From Candidatus Methanomethylicia archaeon (GTDB lineage Archaea; Thermoproteota; Methanomethylicia; CALHIW01), in NCBI GenBank assembly GCA_038845975.1, contig JAWBQF010000001.1, forward strand, positions 32,733 through 96,732: a DNA stretch of 64,000 bases. Direction: 5' to 3'. Shown here in pieces: positions 31,176-41,447 of this stretch (within the stretch, counting starts at the first letter, position 1; every line of letters starts with the position of its first letter). The notes beneath the pieces were generated by a model. It was not told where the DNA came from, did no database searches, and saw nothing but the letters and a program-made list of their open reading frames with translations. Made by a program: the position numbers and the translations under genes.

Positions 31176-33215
31176 ATGATGAGATATATAAAGTTTGCAT
31201 TGATTATGCTTAATATACTTCTAATCACAATATTAATACCTTTAAATAGCGGTTTAAGTAGTGAAACTCTTATCATTTATACACGTAAAGGGGATGGTAA
31301 AAGTCCGTTCTTAGCAGGAAATATAATAATAAAAGATTCTGAAGGTATTATTGTCGCGAATATTAATAATCCAAATTATTTAGGAAATGTATCAGATCCG
31401 CTTACAATGGGTTATGTTTTTACACTGCCCGTAGGAACATATCATATTGAAGTTTATAGGTTTAATATACTTGTAGGTAAATCCACAGTAGAGCTTATAA
31501 AAGGTAGGAACATAACGTTAACATGTGATGTTTTAGATCTACCAGTAGTACTAGTTGAAGAAGCAAACCAGGAGGTTCCAGTTGGAAACGTAACATTAAA
31601 GATATATAGTAGTAAAAGCATTCTTATAGAAGAGGTATTAGTAGGCTCTAATGGTAAGTATATAGTTCACGACTTACCATATGGTGAATATATTTTTAAA
31701 GTGTTTAAATTCAATATAACCATAGCTGAGGAGAAATGTAAAATAATATCGTACCATATAAATTCAACATCTCAGCTTAGTATTAAATGCAAGGTTGGAG
31801 ATTTAAGCGTTAAACTTATAGATCAAAATGGACGTATGGTTGATGAAGGAGTATTAGAGGTTATGATTAACAATTATCTATACGATTCTGCGAGGGTTAG
31901 TCAAGGTAAAGTCTTATTTAGACAGATACCAGTAGATTACTTATTAGGATCTACAAACATAAATTTACATTTTAAAGTATACGGTATACCTGTAAGCATT
32001 AACATGACAACAATACATATGAATAACTCTAAAAGCATAGTTATTCAATCCATGCTTTACGATTTAAGTATTAAACTTAATGATCTAGCTAATAGGATAG
32101 TAAATAATGCTACCCTAATTTTAATTAGGAATAATTTAGAGATTAAAAGCTTTAATGTAGATGAAGGAAAACTTACAATAACCCAAATTCCAGAAGGTAA
32201 ATATGTATTAGTTGCTAAAAGATTCAATATTTCAATAGCTGAGAAGGAAGTTACAGTACGTGCAGATTCAAGTCTAGTAATAAATTGTAAAGTTGCTGAT
32301 GTTGTATTATCTGTTTTTGATAAGTATGGTAAACCTATAAGCCAGGTTAAAATCAATTTACTACATAATGGACTACTTCTAGCATCTAATATATCTGTAA
32401 ATGAAACAATAAGACAGCTTCCACTATCAAAGTATACTGCTAACCTATGGCGTGAAGGAGTTCCAGTAGGTAATTACTTAGTAGATTTAACTACTTACAC
32501 TGAGCCGTCTATAACTTACGAAATTAGAAATATATCTTTACCTTCTTTAACTATTAACTGTATTGATTTAAATGGTAAGCCAATACTTAACTTTAAGATT
32601 TTAATCTATGATTTAATGATTGGTAATCCAGTAGAGGCTACAACTAGTAATGGCTACATATTACTTAGCGATTTATGGCCTGGTAAATATGTTGTTATGG
32701 CTGAGTTTGAAGTGGCTGTGGGTTCTGAAGTTTTTAATGTTAAGTCAAGCAGAAATATAGTTGACGTACCTGGAACATCCTTATCTACAAATTATGTTCT
32801 AATATGTCCATTAAACATTAATGGAGTAGTAAAAGTTGTAGATGCTTATGGTAATCCAATACCACATATTCCAGTTAATATCACTACTATAATCAATTCT
32901 AGGAGTTATACATGGATTAGAGATACTGACGAAGATGGTATAGCTAGGTTTAATGGCTTATTTGGTTCTAAATATTTGATTCAGATATATGTTGGAGGAA
33001 TACTGCGTTCAATGCAAGTTATAGAGTACTCCAATAACTTTAATGTAGAGTTAAAAATATACTCTGTACAGTTAACACCATTCGGTATTCTTGAAGTATG
33101 GTTTATACAGTTAATGACATACATCATATTAATTGTAGTTTTATCATTAATACTTTATTATGCATTTAAGAAGCTTAGGAAAACGGAGAAAAAGCTTTTC
33201 CTAAATAGTTACTAA
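31176..33215 (+). CDS. Membrane-anchored surface protein with tandem carboxypeptidase-regulatory/transthyretin-like domains
   Basis: Signal peptide, about 80-aa repeats (L.V.L.D..G..LP.G.Y), C-terminal TM followed by basic residues. Confidence 0.75.
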   Translation: MMRYIKFALIMLNILLITILIPLNSGLSSETLIIYTRKGDGKSPFLAGNIIIKDSEGIIVANINNPNYLGNVSDPLTMGYVFTLPVGTYHIEVYRFNILVGKSTVELIKGRNITLTCDVLDLPVVLVEEANQEVPVGNVTLKIYSSKSILIEEVLVGSNGKYIVHDLPYGEYIFKVFKFNITIAEEKCKIISYHINSTSQLSIKCKVGDLSVKLIDQNGRMVDEGVLEVMINNYLYDSARVSQGKVLFRQIPVDYLLGSTNINLHFKVYGIPVSINMTTIHMNNSKSIVIQSMLYDLSIKLNDLANRIVNNATLILIRNNLEIKSFNVDEGKLTITQIPEGKYVLVAKRFNISIAEKEVTVRADSSLVINCKVADVVLSVFDKYGKPISQVKINLLHNGLLLASNISVNETIRQLPLSKYTANLWREGVPVGNYLVDLTTYTEPSITYEIRNISLPSLTINCIDLNGKPILNFKILIYDLMIGNPVEATTSNGYILLSDLWPGKYVVMAEFEVAVGSEVFNVKSSRNIVDVPGTSLSTNYVLICPLNINGVVKVVDAYGNPIPHIPVNITTIINSRSYTWIRDTDEDGIARFNGLFGSKYLIQIYVGGILRSMQVIEYSNNFNVELKIYSVQLTPFGILEVWFIQLMTYIILIVVLSLILYYAFKKLRKTEKKLFLNSY

Positions 33216-34616
33216 TAATTTTATTTCCTCGATAGCTTTAAGTAAGTTCTCTCCCTTATCAGTTAATGAGTATACTTTTCTTCTTCCAACTATTTGGGAT
33301 CTAATTAAGCCTAACTTTTCCAATTCATTTAGATGTTGATATATCGCTTGTATCTTTATGATTCTCCCAATTCTCTTCCATATTTCATAACCATGCATAT
33401 TTCTCATACTTAGAACATTTAGTATCTTAACCTTTGTCGATGCATATATGTTAAATTTTCCCCATCCTCTTTCATAAGCTCCAATAAGATCTATAGTTTT
33501 AAGTCCACTTCCACTTATGAAGCATAGTATTGTTTCATCTTTTTCAAATACTTCCTGACCTGAAAGCTTTTCAAGAGCTGCAATTGTAGATGCTGCGGCG
33601 GGCTCTACAAATAATCCTTCAAGCTTTGATAAGTTTTTCTGGCTTCTTAAAATATCCTCATCTGAAACTGATACAGCTATTCCTCTACTATCTTTTAAGG
33701 CTTCTAATGCTCTGTTACCGTAGAGTGGATTTGCAATACATATTCCTGAAGCTATTGTCTGCGGATTTTTAGCCTTAACTATTTCTGAAGATTTTAAAAA
33801 CGCTGTAACTATTGGGGAACATCCCTCCGCTTGTACAGCTATAAGTCTAGGTTTTCTTTCAATCAATCTCATTTCGTAGGCTTCACTAAACCCCTTCCAA
33901 ATTGAATAAATTATTGATCCACTACCTGTCGGGCATATAATCCAGTCAGGTACTCCTACTTGCTCAATTAATTCATACGCGATTGTTTTCTGTGCTTCAA
34001 TAGATATTGGGTTAAGCTCAGGTGTTCCCTGATACCAGCCGCTTCCTTCCCCCCTCATAGCTTTCAATATTGCTTCATCAATTGTTTCACCAACCTGCTC
34101 TATAATTCCACCATACATTATTATTTGTGCTAGTTTTCCAATATCAACATACATTGGAGCATATACATAGCATGTAAGCCCAGCCTTAGCTACATAAGCA
34201 GCTAAAGATGCACCCATGTTACCGTTTGATGCACAAATTACTACCTCATAGCCCCAGTCAACAGCTCTAGACGATACTATTGAGGCAGCTCTATCTCTAA
34301 ATGAACCAGTAGGATTTCTTGAATCATCCTTTACATAGACTTCCTTAGCCATAATTCTCAAACTGTTTTTCAGCCTCTTAATAGGATATGTTGGAGTAAA
34401 ACCCTCATTCAGGCTAATCGTGTTATTAATTTTAGGTAGTAGTTTCCTATACCTCCATATTGACCCCATATTATCTAGAACATTATAAAAATCAACATCC
34501 TCCAAGTTATATCTATATTCAAGCTGTATACCACATTTAGTACACCTATATGTACCTGGCTTCTCTTTATACTCCAATTTACACTGCGGACAAATCAATG
34601 TGTAAACAATATTCAA
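33201..34616 (-). CDS. Threonine-synthase-like protein with Lys-to-Arg at the PLP site, fused to a PadR/ArsR-like wHTH
   Basis: Zn ribbon, NPTGSFRDR, EGLFVEPAAA and ISGSGLK motifs; C-terminal MHGYEIW..IYQHLNELEKLGLI..YSLTDKG. Confidence 0.85.
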   Translation of the reverse strand: MNIVYTLICPQCKLEYKEKPGTYRCTKCGIQLEYRYNLEDVDFYNVLDNMGSIWRYRKLLPKINNTISLNEGFTPTYPIKRLKNSLRIMAKEVYVKDDSRNPTGSFRDRAASIVSSRAVDWGYEVVICASNGNMGASLAAYVAKAGLTCYVYAPMYVDIGKLAQIIMYGGIIEQVGETIDEAILKAMRGEGSGWYQGTPELNPISIEAQKTIAYELIEQVGVPDWIICPTGSGSIIYSIWKGFSEAYEMRLIERKPRLIAVQAEGCSPIVTAFLKSSEIVKAKNPQTIASGICIANPLYGNRALEALKDSRGIAVSVSDEDILRSQKNLSKLEGLFVEPAAASTIAALEKLSGQEVFEKDETILCFISGSGLKTIDLIGAYERGWGKFNIYASTKVKILNVLSMRNMHGYEIWKRIGRIIKIQAIYQHLNELEKLGLIRSQIVGRRKVYSLTDKGENLLKAIEEIKLLVTI

Positions 34617-35387
34617 ATTAACACCCTATTAACCATTATAAAGTTATTAGTAAATTTAAGTATTTCCATAAACTTGATGAGTGTAGTAGTTTAAGAAGCT
34701 ATATGAATTGCTGTCAATATTGTAGAAGTCTTTAAGAGAAGTAAGACCCCATTGGAGATTAAATATTTGATGATTTTCTACATATAGATTTTTAGAATAG
34801 TTTAGGACATTATTTAATCATGGGTATCTAGATAGCTATCGGTAGGTAAGTAAGCTTAAAGGAGAATAGAAATACTAGGTTTATGGTTAGAAGGATAATA
34901 TGATAGTTTAAGAGTCTATCATAAAAGAACATTATGATGTTAAGGTTATTTAGTAATTAAATTATTGTAATGAAAGCAATATCCTCATTGGCAATATATC
35001 ATGGCTTTCTTGAGAGCTTGGACTACCATTGCTAAATCTTATCAGTAAGAGGAGTGTAGTAATGTCATGTATCCATTATTTAGTAGACTGGAGGATTTTT
35101 AATTAATAACATTAACTCAATAAACCACTATATAATAGGAGGGCGCTTAAATACTGGAATCTATTCATACTGTATAAACCGCCTAAAAAGCATGTTAAGC
35201 CTTAGTACCCGGCTTAATTAAAGTCAGTAGAGCTATTAGAATAACTTTTCTCTTGATTCTAAGTCTTTATGGCTTAAGAACAGTTTAGATAGTTTAAGAG
35301 AAGGATTATAGTTAAATAGATTTTGAATATGCTGAAGCTAATGAAAGATTTAAATATTGTTACTAAACTTAGGAGTAAAATTATTTC

Positions 35388-36155
35388 ATGATGTTAATTA
35401 TGAATGCTTTTGCTATTATCGGTAAAAGAAGAGGAGTAGGTAAGACTGAGCTAGGATTGAAAATTGTTAGGTATCTGAAAGACCGGAATATTCCTGTTGT
35501 TGTTATTAAACACGCACATAAAATAGATCTAGATGATAAAGACTCTTTTAAGTACTTCGATGTAGGAGCAGACAATGTAATTACAGTTTCTAGTGATTTT
35601 ACGTTAACTATAAGCAAACCAGCTAGGAGTATTGAAGATTTCAGTAGAAGTATTGATAGCGTAGTGGTTATTGAAGGATTTAAAACATCAAACTTACCTA
35701 AAATAATTGTTGCTAGAAATCTTGATGATTTAAACTTTAGGTTTAATGGTTATGTGATTGCAGCTGTGGTTTCTGAAGATCTTATAGATAAAGCTAGAGA
35801 AATTTTTCCAGGAAGTAATGTATTATCATTCAATGATTTAAATGCTTTAAGTAGATTATTTAGGGATGTAACATTAAAGGCTTTAATAAGTATTCTTCCA
35901 AACATAGACTGTAGAATATGTGGTTACTCTACATGTTTAGACTTTGCTAAAAATATTGTTGATGGTGTAGATGATATCTACAAGTGTGTTAAGTATCATG
36001 ATGATATTATAGTTAAAGTTAATGGTTTAAGGCTTAATTTAGGTAAGTTTCCACGGGAAATTTTAAAAAACATACTAATAGCTTATTTAAAAACTCTTAA
36101 GGGTATTCCTGAAAAACTGAATGAAATTGAAGTTTACATTAAAAATAAACAGTAG
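35388..36155 (+). CDS. mobB: MobB-family protein with a 4Fe-4S domain
   Basis: GVGKT, VIKHAH and IEGFK motifs; LPNIDCRICGYSTC..C. Confidence 0.82.
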   Translation: MMLIMNAFAIIGKRRGVGKTELGLKIVRYLKDRNIPVVVIKHAHKIDLDDKDSFKYFDVGADNVITVSSDFTLTISKPARSIEDFSRSIDSVVVIEGFKTSNLPKIIVARNLDDLNFRFNGYVIAAVVSEDLIDKAREIFPGSNVLSFNDLNALSRLFRDVTLKALISILPNIDCRICGYSTCLDFAKNIVDGVDDIYKCVKYHDDIIVKVNGLRLNLGKFPREILKNILIAYLKTLKGIPEKLNEIEVYIKNKQ

Positions 36156-36347
36156 CCAATTAATGCTCTGTCATATCTAGTAGATAGTCAATTGATTAAT
36201 GTTTATCTAATTATATATCTTAAATGTTGCCAATAGATTTTATTTTATCTCCAGCCATTCAACTTCACTTAATAGAAAAATATTTCAAATCCTCATCATT
36301 AATTAATAACTCTTATAAGTAGTAAAATCCTAATTTATAAAGGGCTA

Positions 36348-36986
36348 ATGAATTTTAATTCATCATCAAATAATTTAGTAAGTAAACCAAGACTTAGCTT
36401 ATGGGAGAGAATATATAGGAAAATTAATCCAATACCGTTAAGAAATCAGATTGTAAATACACTTATTAAACTAAATGTTCAGAAGAATAGACTGTCTCAT
36501 GGCAGAGCTGAGCTTGAAGCTATAGCTAGAAACATCTATAATTGGATTTCTGAAGCTAAAGTTAGCAGTGATTGGAATAAAGTTAAAATTTATGTTAATG
36601 AATATGTAGAAATTAGAAAGATATGTAAACTCATAGTTGAGGCGGAGCTTGTTTTAGAGGCTACTTTACTAAGACTAGAAACAGTTAAAAGCTTTAGTGA
36701 TATTGCAGCTGCAATAACCCCCTTACAAACAGTAGTTAATACGCTAAGATCAGAGTTTGCAGATTCCATACCTAAACTATCTGCTGAATTTTCAGGGGTG
36801 TTTGAAAGTATTAAGTCAATCATGATTGAAATATTTGAAACCTCCTCAAACCTATATAGAGAAACTATAATAGATGAAGCTGAAAAAATACTTAAGGCAG
36901 CATCAATAGCTGCAGATCAGAGGATTAATGAGAAATTACCGGAAATACCTATACAGGAGCTAGTTCCAGAAAAAGTTGAATCTTAA
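36348..36986 (+). CDS. Third ESCRT-III/Snf7 (CdvB) paralogue
   Basis: YVNEYVEIRK..LE..LRLETV and EAEKIL..A..ADQRINEKLPEIP align with the other two paralogues. Confidence 0.82.
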   Translation: MNFNSSSNNLVSKPRLSLWERIYRKINPIPLRNQIVNTLIKLNVQKNRLSHGRAELEAIARNIYNWISEAKVSSDWNKVKIYVNEYVEIRKICKLIVEAELVLEATLLRLETVKSFSDIAAAITPLQTVVNTLRSEFADSIPKLSAEFSGVFESIKSIMIEIFETSSNLYRETIIDEAEKILKAASIAADQRINEKLPEIPIQELVPEKVES

Positions 36987-37075
36987 ACATTAAGGTTAGA
37001 CTGACTGATTTTATTTTCTAACAAACTTTCAGAAGGTTTAAATTTTATTTCTCTAGAAATTATAGGGCTCAAACT

Positions 37076-37348
37076 ATGTGTAGTGAAGAGTTTATAGAGA
37101 AAATATCAAGAGCAATTAATAGATATAATATGTATAGAGATAAGGAAGCTAATGCTAAATTAATATTTGCTAGTAGAAATAAAATTATAATTGAATTTTC
37201 AGGCTCATTTTGCTATTCATGTGGTTTTTACGATTGGATTGATGATTTGAGATATGAACTTATAGATGAGCTTAATTTAGATATTAAAATATCATCCATA
37301 GATGAAATTAAGCTTGGTGTTTATAGCGTTGTATACACATTAAGCTAA
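37076..37348 (+). CDS. Small NifU-C-like CxxC protein
   Basis: IEFSGSFCYSCG motif. Confidence 0.55.
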   Translation: MCSEEFIEKISRAINRYNMYRDKEANAKLIFASRNKIIIEFSGSFCYSCGFYDWIDDLRYELIDELNLDIKISSIDEIKLGVYSVVYTLS

Positions 37349-37580
37349 TATACAATTATATTATGAACTAAATTACATAATGGTAATCAATTTGATTTAT
37401 TTCCACTAACTACTATTAATAGTGAAATCTTAGGATATTTCCATATCAGTTTGTCTCAGCAACACTGTATTGTAAACTTTAGCTTTATTCAGAGTTCTCT
37501 TCCCTTTTATGACGAATTTATTGTTAAAGTTATTAGTTTTGTTAGAAAGAACTTCACTTATTCCATTTGTATGGTACCCA

Positions 37581-37640
37581 GGCTTTGTGAACTTAAGCAA
37601 TCAATTACATGTACTTCTCACATTTAAAGTCCACAAAGCC
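37581..37640. mobile_element. 60-bp MITE, best-preserved copy of a dispersed family
   Basis: TIRs GGCTTTGTGAACTT / AAGTCCACAAAGCC, matching the ends of the IS6-like family A. Confidence 0.75.
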
Positions 37641-37696
37641 GATCTTCAAGAGGTAAGCTTTAATCTCTAATTGTTAAATTATACTGGTGATCTATT

Positions 37697-38860
37697 ATTT
37701 ACTTTAGTAGAGTTAAGAGAGTAAAGTGTTTAACATGTGGTAAAGAATCCCTAGGTATATCAGAGGTTCTTGGAGTATGTAGGGAATGTATTATTAGTAG
37801 GTTTGATGAAGTACTACCATACATTCACCAAGCTCATGTTAAGGCTAGGTCTATGTACGGTTTACCTATTAGTCCACCAAGGGATAGTAAAGGAATACGA
37901 TGTAATATATGTTCAAATCAATGTACTATTAGTTCTGGAGGAAAAGGGTATTGTGGATTAAGACTTAATATTAATGGTAGACTTCAATGTAAAGTTACAA
38001 GTAGTAAAGCCCTATTATATGCATATAAAGATCCACATGTAACGAATTGTTGTGCAGCGTATTTTTGTCCTGCTGGTACTGGAATTGGCTATCCTAGATT
38101 CGCTTATACTCATGGTCCTGAATATGGATACTATAATTATGCTGTCTTCTTCTATGGTTGTAACTTTTCATGTTTATATTGCCAAAATTTTTCACATAAG
38201 AATTTGTTTGAAGCTACCGAGATCGACATTGAAAGCTTTACTAAAGCTATTATTAGGGATCGATTAATATCTTGTATATGCTATTTTGGCGGTTCTCCTG
38301 AACCAAGCTTACCATTTGCTATAGCTGCTTCTAGAAGAGTTCTTGAGGAATGTCATAAACGAATTATTAGAATATGTTTTGAATGGAATGGTTGTGGGAA
38401 TAAGATACTTGTAAGAAGAGCATCTGAGCTTTCTCTTATATCTGGTGGAAATATAAAATTTGATCTTAAGTGCTTTGATGAAAGGCTAAGTATAGCATTA
38501 AGCGGCGTTTCAAATAGGCAAGCATATGAAAACTTTAAACTTATTGCTGAAGAGTATTATCCACAGAGAAGAAGTATACCTGTTTTGAACGCTACAACTT
38601 TACTTGTACCTGAATATGTTAATGCAGATGAAGTTGAGAAAATAGCCCTATTTATAAGCGAGATAAATGATGAAATACCCTATAGCCTCCTTATCTTTTA
38701 TCCCAACTTTATGATGACTGATATGCCTATAACACCATTAAAGCAAGTTATTGAATGCTATAAAGTAGCTAAGAAATATTTAAAAAACGTTCATGTTGGA
38801 AATTTACACTTAATAGGTTTTAAATCAATGCAACATTTCCGATCAGTTATAAATAATTAA
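37697..38860 (+). CDS. Radical SAM protein (PflA/AmmeMemoRadiSam-like) with N-terminal Cys clusters
   Basis: GCNFSCLYCQN and FGGSPEP motifs; the frame is open upstream of 37853 (CLTC..GVCREC), so the start is uncertain. Confidence 0.85.
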   Translation: MYFSRVKRVKCLTCGKESLGISEVLGVCRECIISRFDEVLPYIHQAHVKARSMYGLPISPPRDSKGIRCNICSNQCTISSGGKGYCGLRLNINGRLQCKVTSSKALLYAYKDPHVTNCCAAYFCPAGTGIGYPRFAYTHGPEYGYYNYAVFFYGCNFSCLYCQNFSHKNLFEATEIDIESFTKAIIRDRLISCICYFGGSPEPSLPFAIAASRRVLEECHKRIIRICFEWNGCGNKILVRRASELSLISGGNIKFDLKCFDERLSIALSGVSNRQAYENFKLIAEEYYPQRRSIPVLNATTLLVPEYVNADEVEKIALFISEINDEIPYSLLIFYPNFMMTDMPITPLKQVIECYKVAKKYLKNVHVGNLHLIGFKSMQHFRSVINN

Positions 38861-39060
38861 ATTCTGATCTAAACTTAAAATCTCAACATTCCCTATAATT
38901 TTATTAACTATTATAAACTCAACAAGAAGTTTAGAACTTTAGTTCTGAATGTCCCTGTGAACTTAGGTAATCAACTACGTTTATCATTAACCTAGAGAGT
39001 TGCTTTTACTCCTCTACGTTTAAAATAATCTCTTATCTCTCTAGTATTGTATGCTGAGTT

Positions 39061-39746
39061 GGCTTTGTTAACTTAAGCATGTTTTATCGCCTCTATTTTG
39101 GTATTGTGCTTCTATTAATTCTTAGCTTTATCTTCTTATTAATCCATGTTTGTTTAATGTATACTGTTGACTTCATAAGTATTGATACATATTCATTATC
39201 ACGTTTATCTTTCAAAGGTATGTAGTTATCGAATAGTTTAGTCCTATCCTTAATGTACTGTATTATCTTCTCCATTAATTCCAACTTCTAAACTATATAA
39301 TGTTTTAATTTTAATATTCTACATGCTATAATAATGAGCATAATCACTCAATACAACTATATTAGAACCATGGATAGTTTTAACCTTTTAATGTTGGGGA
39401 TGTAAGCATGTTTGCAGCATCACAAACCCATACATATAGAATCCTTCTTAATAATGACTCAAACGAACATAAATAACCTCCTCTTAGAACCCACGATTAC
39501 AATAGATCAACCATAATCCTAACATCCCTCCTATCAAATCCAAACAGCTTAAGATAAACCATAATATGGATACATAACTCCCAACAACAATAAACTAAAT
39601 TCTGAAGCCATTTCAGATGAACGAAAATATAAGCAATAAACAACTAAAGTAAATGGAGTTCTCTCCCAACAAATCTAATAACCTTAGACATAAACACACC
39701 ATAAATAAAGGAGAGAAACCCAAATAAAGCTAAAGTTAACAAAGCC
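39061..39746 (-). mobile_element. Decayed IS6-family element (family A)
   Basis: TIRs GGCTTTGTTAACTT / AAGTTAACAAAGCC; perfect 8-bp TSD GCTGAGTT; residual EKIIQYIKDRTKLFDNY. Confidence 0.85.
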
Positions 39747-39933
39747 GCTGAGTTACCGTAACCTCTTTAGGTCTATTTCTAAATCTATCATGCCTAACCC
39801 TTACATAAACCTTACTAACTAAATAGATAATAAATAACCAAATTCATGAATCCTATGTATAGCCCCATAGCTTAATAGCCTAAAACTACAACTAGAAAAA
39901 TAAATTAATAAAGCCTAAAGTACAGATATAAAT

Positions 39934-39996
39934 AATGTTCTTACCCTAACAAAGAATCCATAACCACAAATCATAACAATATAGGGTAAGAACATT
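39934..39996. repeat. 15-bp perfect inverted repeat delimiting a 63-bp mini-element
   Basis: AATGTTCTTACCCTA ... TAGGGTAAGAACATT. Confidence 0.7.
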
Positions 39997-40084
39997 CTTG
40001 CTTAAACTTCTAAAGTTAACAGGACAACGCATTGAGGATTAAAAATTTAAGTATCTGTCATTCTCTATTATACTTGGTGATTAT

Positions 40085-41446
40085 ATGTCCGGAATTCGTG
40101 AAGTTCCTGAGGGTTTAGTTGCTTGGGAGCGGATTTCGGCTCACTCTCATATTAGAGGTCTAGGTCTTGAAGGATTGAAAGCTAAATTTATCGGTGATGG
40201 AATGGTAGGTCAAACTGAAGCTAGAGAAGCTGCAGGTATTATTACACGGCTTATTAAGGAAGGTAAATTTGCAGGTAGAGCAATACTTATGGCTGGCCCT
40301 CCTGGAACTGGTAAAACAGCTATAGCAGTAGCAATAGCTAAGGAGCTTGGGAAAGATGTACCGTTTGTACCGATTGCCGCAAGTGAGGTGTACAGTACTG
40401 AAATGAAGAAAACAGAGTTTTTAACTCAAGCCCTACGTAAATCTATCGGTGTTAGAATACATGAAGTACGTAAGATATACGAAGGTGTTGTTAAGGAGCT
40501 TTCAATACAGAAGGAGCCTCATCCATATAATCCCTACATGCAAGTTCCTATTGGAGCTGTTATGAAGCTTGCAACTAAAGATGAAAGCAAGAAGCTAACA
40601 ATGGATCAGTCGTTTGCAATGCAGATAGTTCAGCAGGGAATAGAAACTGGAGATATTGTACAAATAGATGCTGATGGAGGTAGAATAACTAAACTCGGTA
40701 AAAGTAAACAAGCCATTGAGGAGAAAAAGGTTGATTTAACAGCTATTGAAGTTCTCGATATTCCATCAGGACCCGTAATGAAGGAAAAGGAGTTCGTATA
40801 TACGTTAACGCTACATCAACTTGACATTATGAATTCAAGAAGTGGTGGAAGTATATTTAGCTTACTGTTTGGTAGTGGTGGGAGGGAAATTGACGCTGAA
40901 GTAAGGAAGGAAGTAGATAATGCTGTAAGAGAAATGGTTCAAAGCAAAAAAGCTGAAATAATACCTGGAGTGGCCTTTATAGATGAGTGCAGTATGCTTG
41001 ATGTTGAAAGCTTCGCTTTTCTTAATAGAGCTCTAGAGCAAGATCTATGTCCAATAATAATATTTGCAACAAATAGAGGTATAACAACAATAAGAGGTAC
41101 AGATATAAAGTCGCCGCATGGCATGCCTCTAGATCTTCTAGATAGATTACTAATTATAAACACTAGACCATACAACGCTGATGAAATAAGAAAAATACTT
41201 GAAATAAGAGCTAAGGCTGAGAAGATAGAAATTGAAGATGAAGCTCTTAACCTTCTTACTAAGATAGGTGTTGAAACATCTCTTAGACATGCTGTTCAGC
41301 TTATGGCTCCAGCGAAGATAATTGCTGAAAATGAAAACTCAAAGATAATAACAAAAATTCATGTTGAGAGGGCTAACTTCCTATTTGCAGACATAAAGAG
41401 AAGTGTTAGTTATCTACATGAATATGAGAAGCAGTTTCTAGTTTAA
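40085..41446 (+). CDS. TIP49/RuvBL AAA+ ATPase
   Basis: HSHIRGLGL, GPPGTGKTA, SEVYSTEMKKTE and SPHGMPLDLLDR motifs. Confidence 0.95.
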   Translation: MSGIREVPEGLVAWERISAHSHIRGLGLEGLKAKFIGDGMVGQTEAREAAGIITRLIKEGKFAGRAILMAGPPGTGKTAIAVAIAKELGKDVPFVPIAASEVYSTEMKKTEFLTQALRKSIGVRIHEVRKIYEGVVKELSIQKEPHPYNPYMQVPIGAVMKLATKDESKKLTMDQSFAMQIVQQGIETGDIVQIDADGGRITKLGKSKQAIEEKKVDLTAIEVLDIPSGPVMKEKEFVYTLTLHQLDIMNSRSGGSIFSLLFGSGGREIDAEVRKEVDNAVREMVQSKKAEIIPGVAFIDECSMLDVESFAFLNRALEQDLCPIIIFATNRGITTIRGTDIKSPHGMPLDLLDRLLIINTRPYNADEIRKILEIRAKAEKIEIEDEALNLLTKIGVETSLRHAVQLMAPAKIIAENENSKIITKIHVERANFLFADIKRSVSYLHEYEKQFLV

Positions 41447-41447
41447 A

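Noticed and set aside
6616-41446. Concentration of eukaryote-like genes (FUN14, NEMF, GPN, ESCRT, TIP49)
   Set aside because: All are known in TACK archaea and are scattered here rather than forming one system
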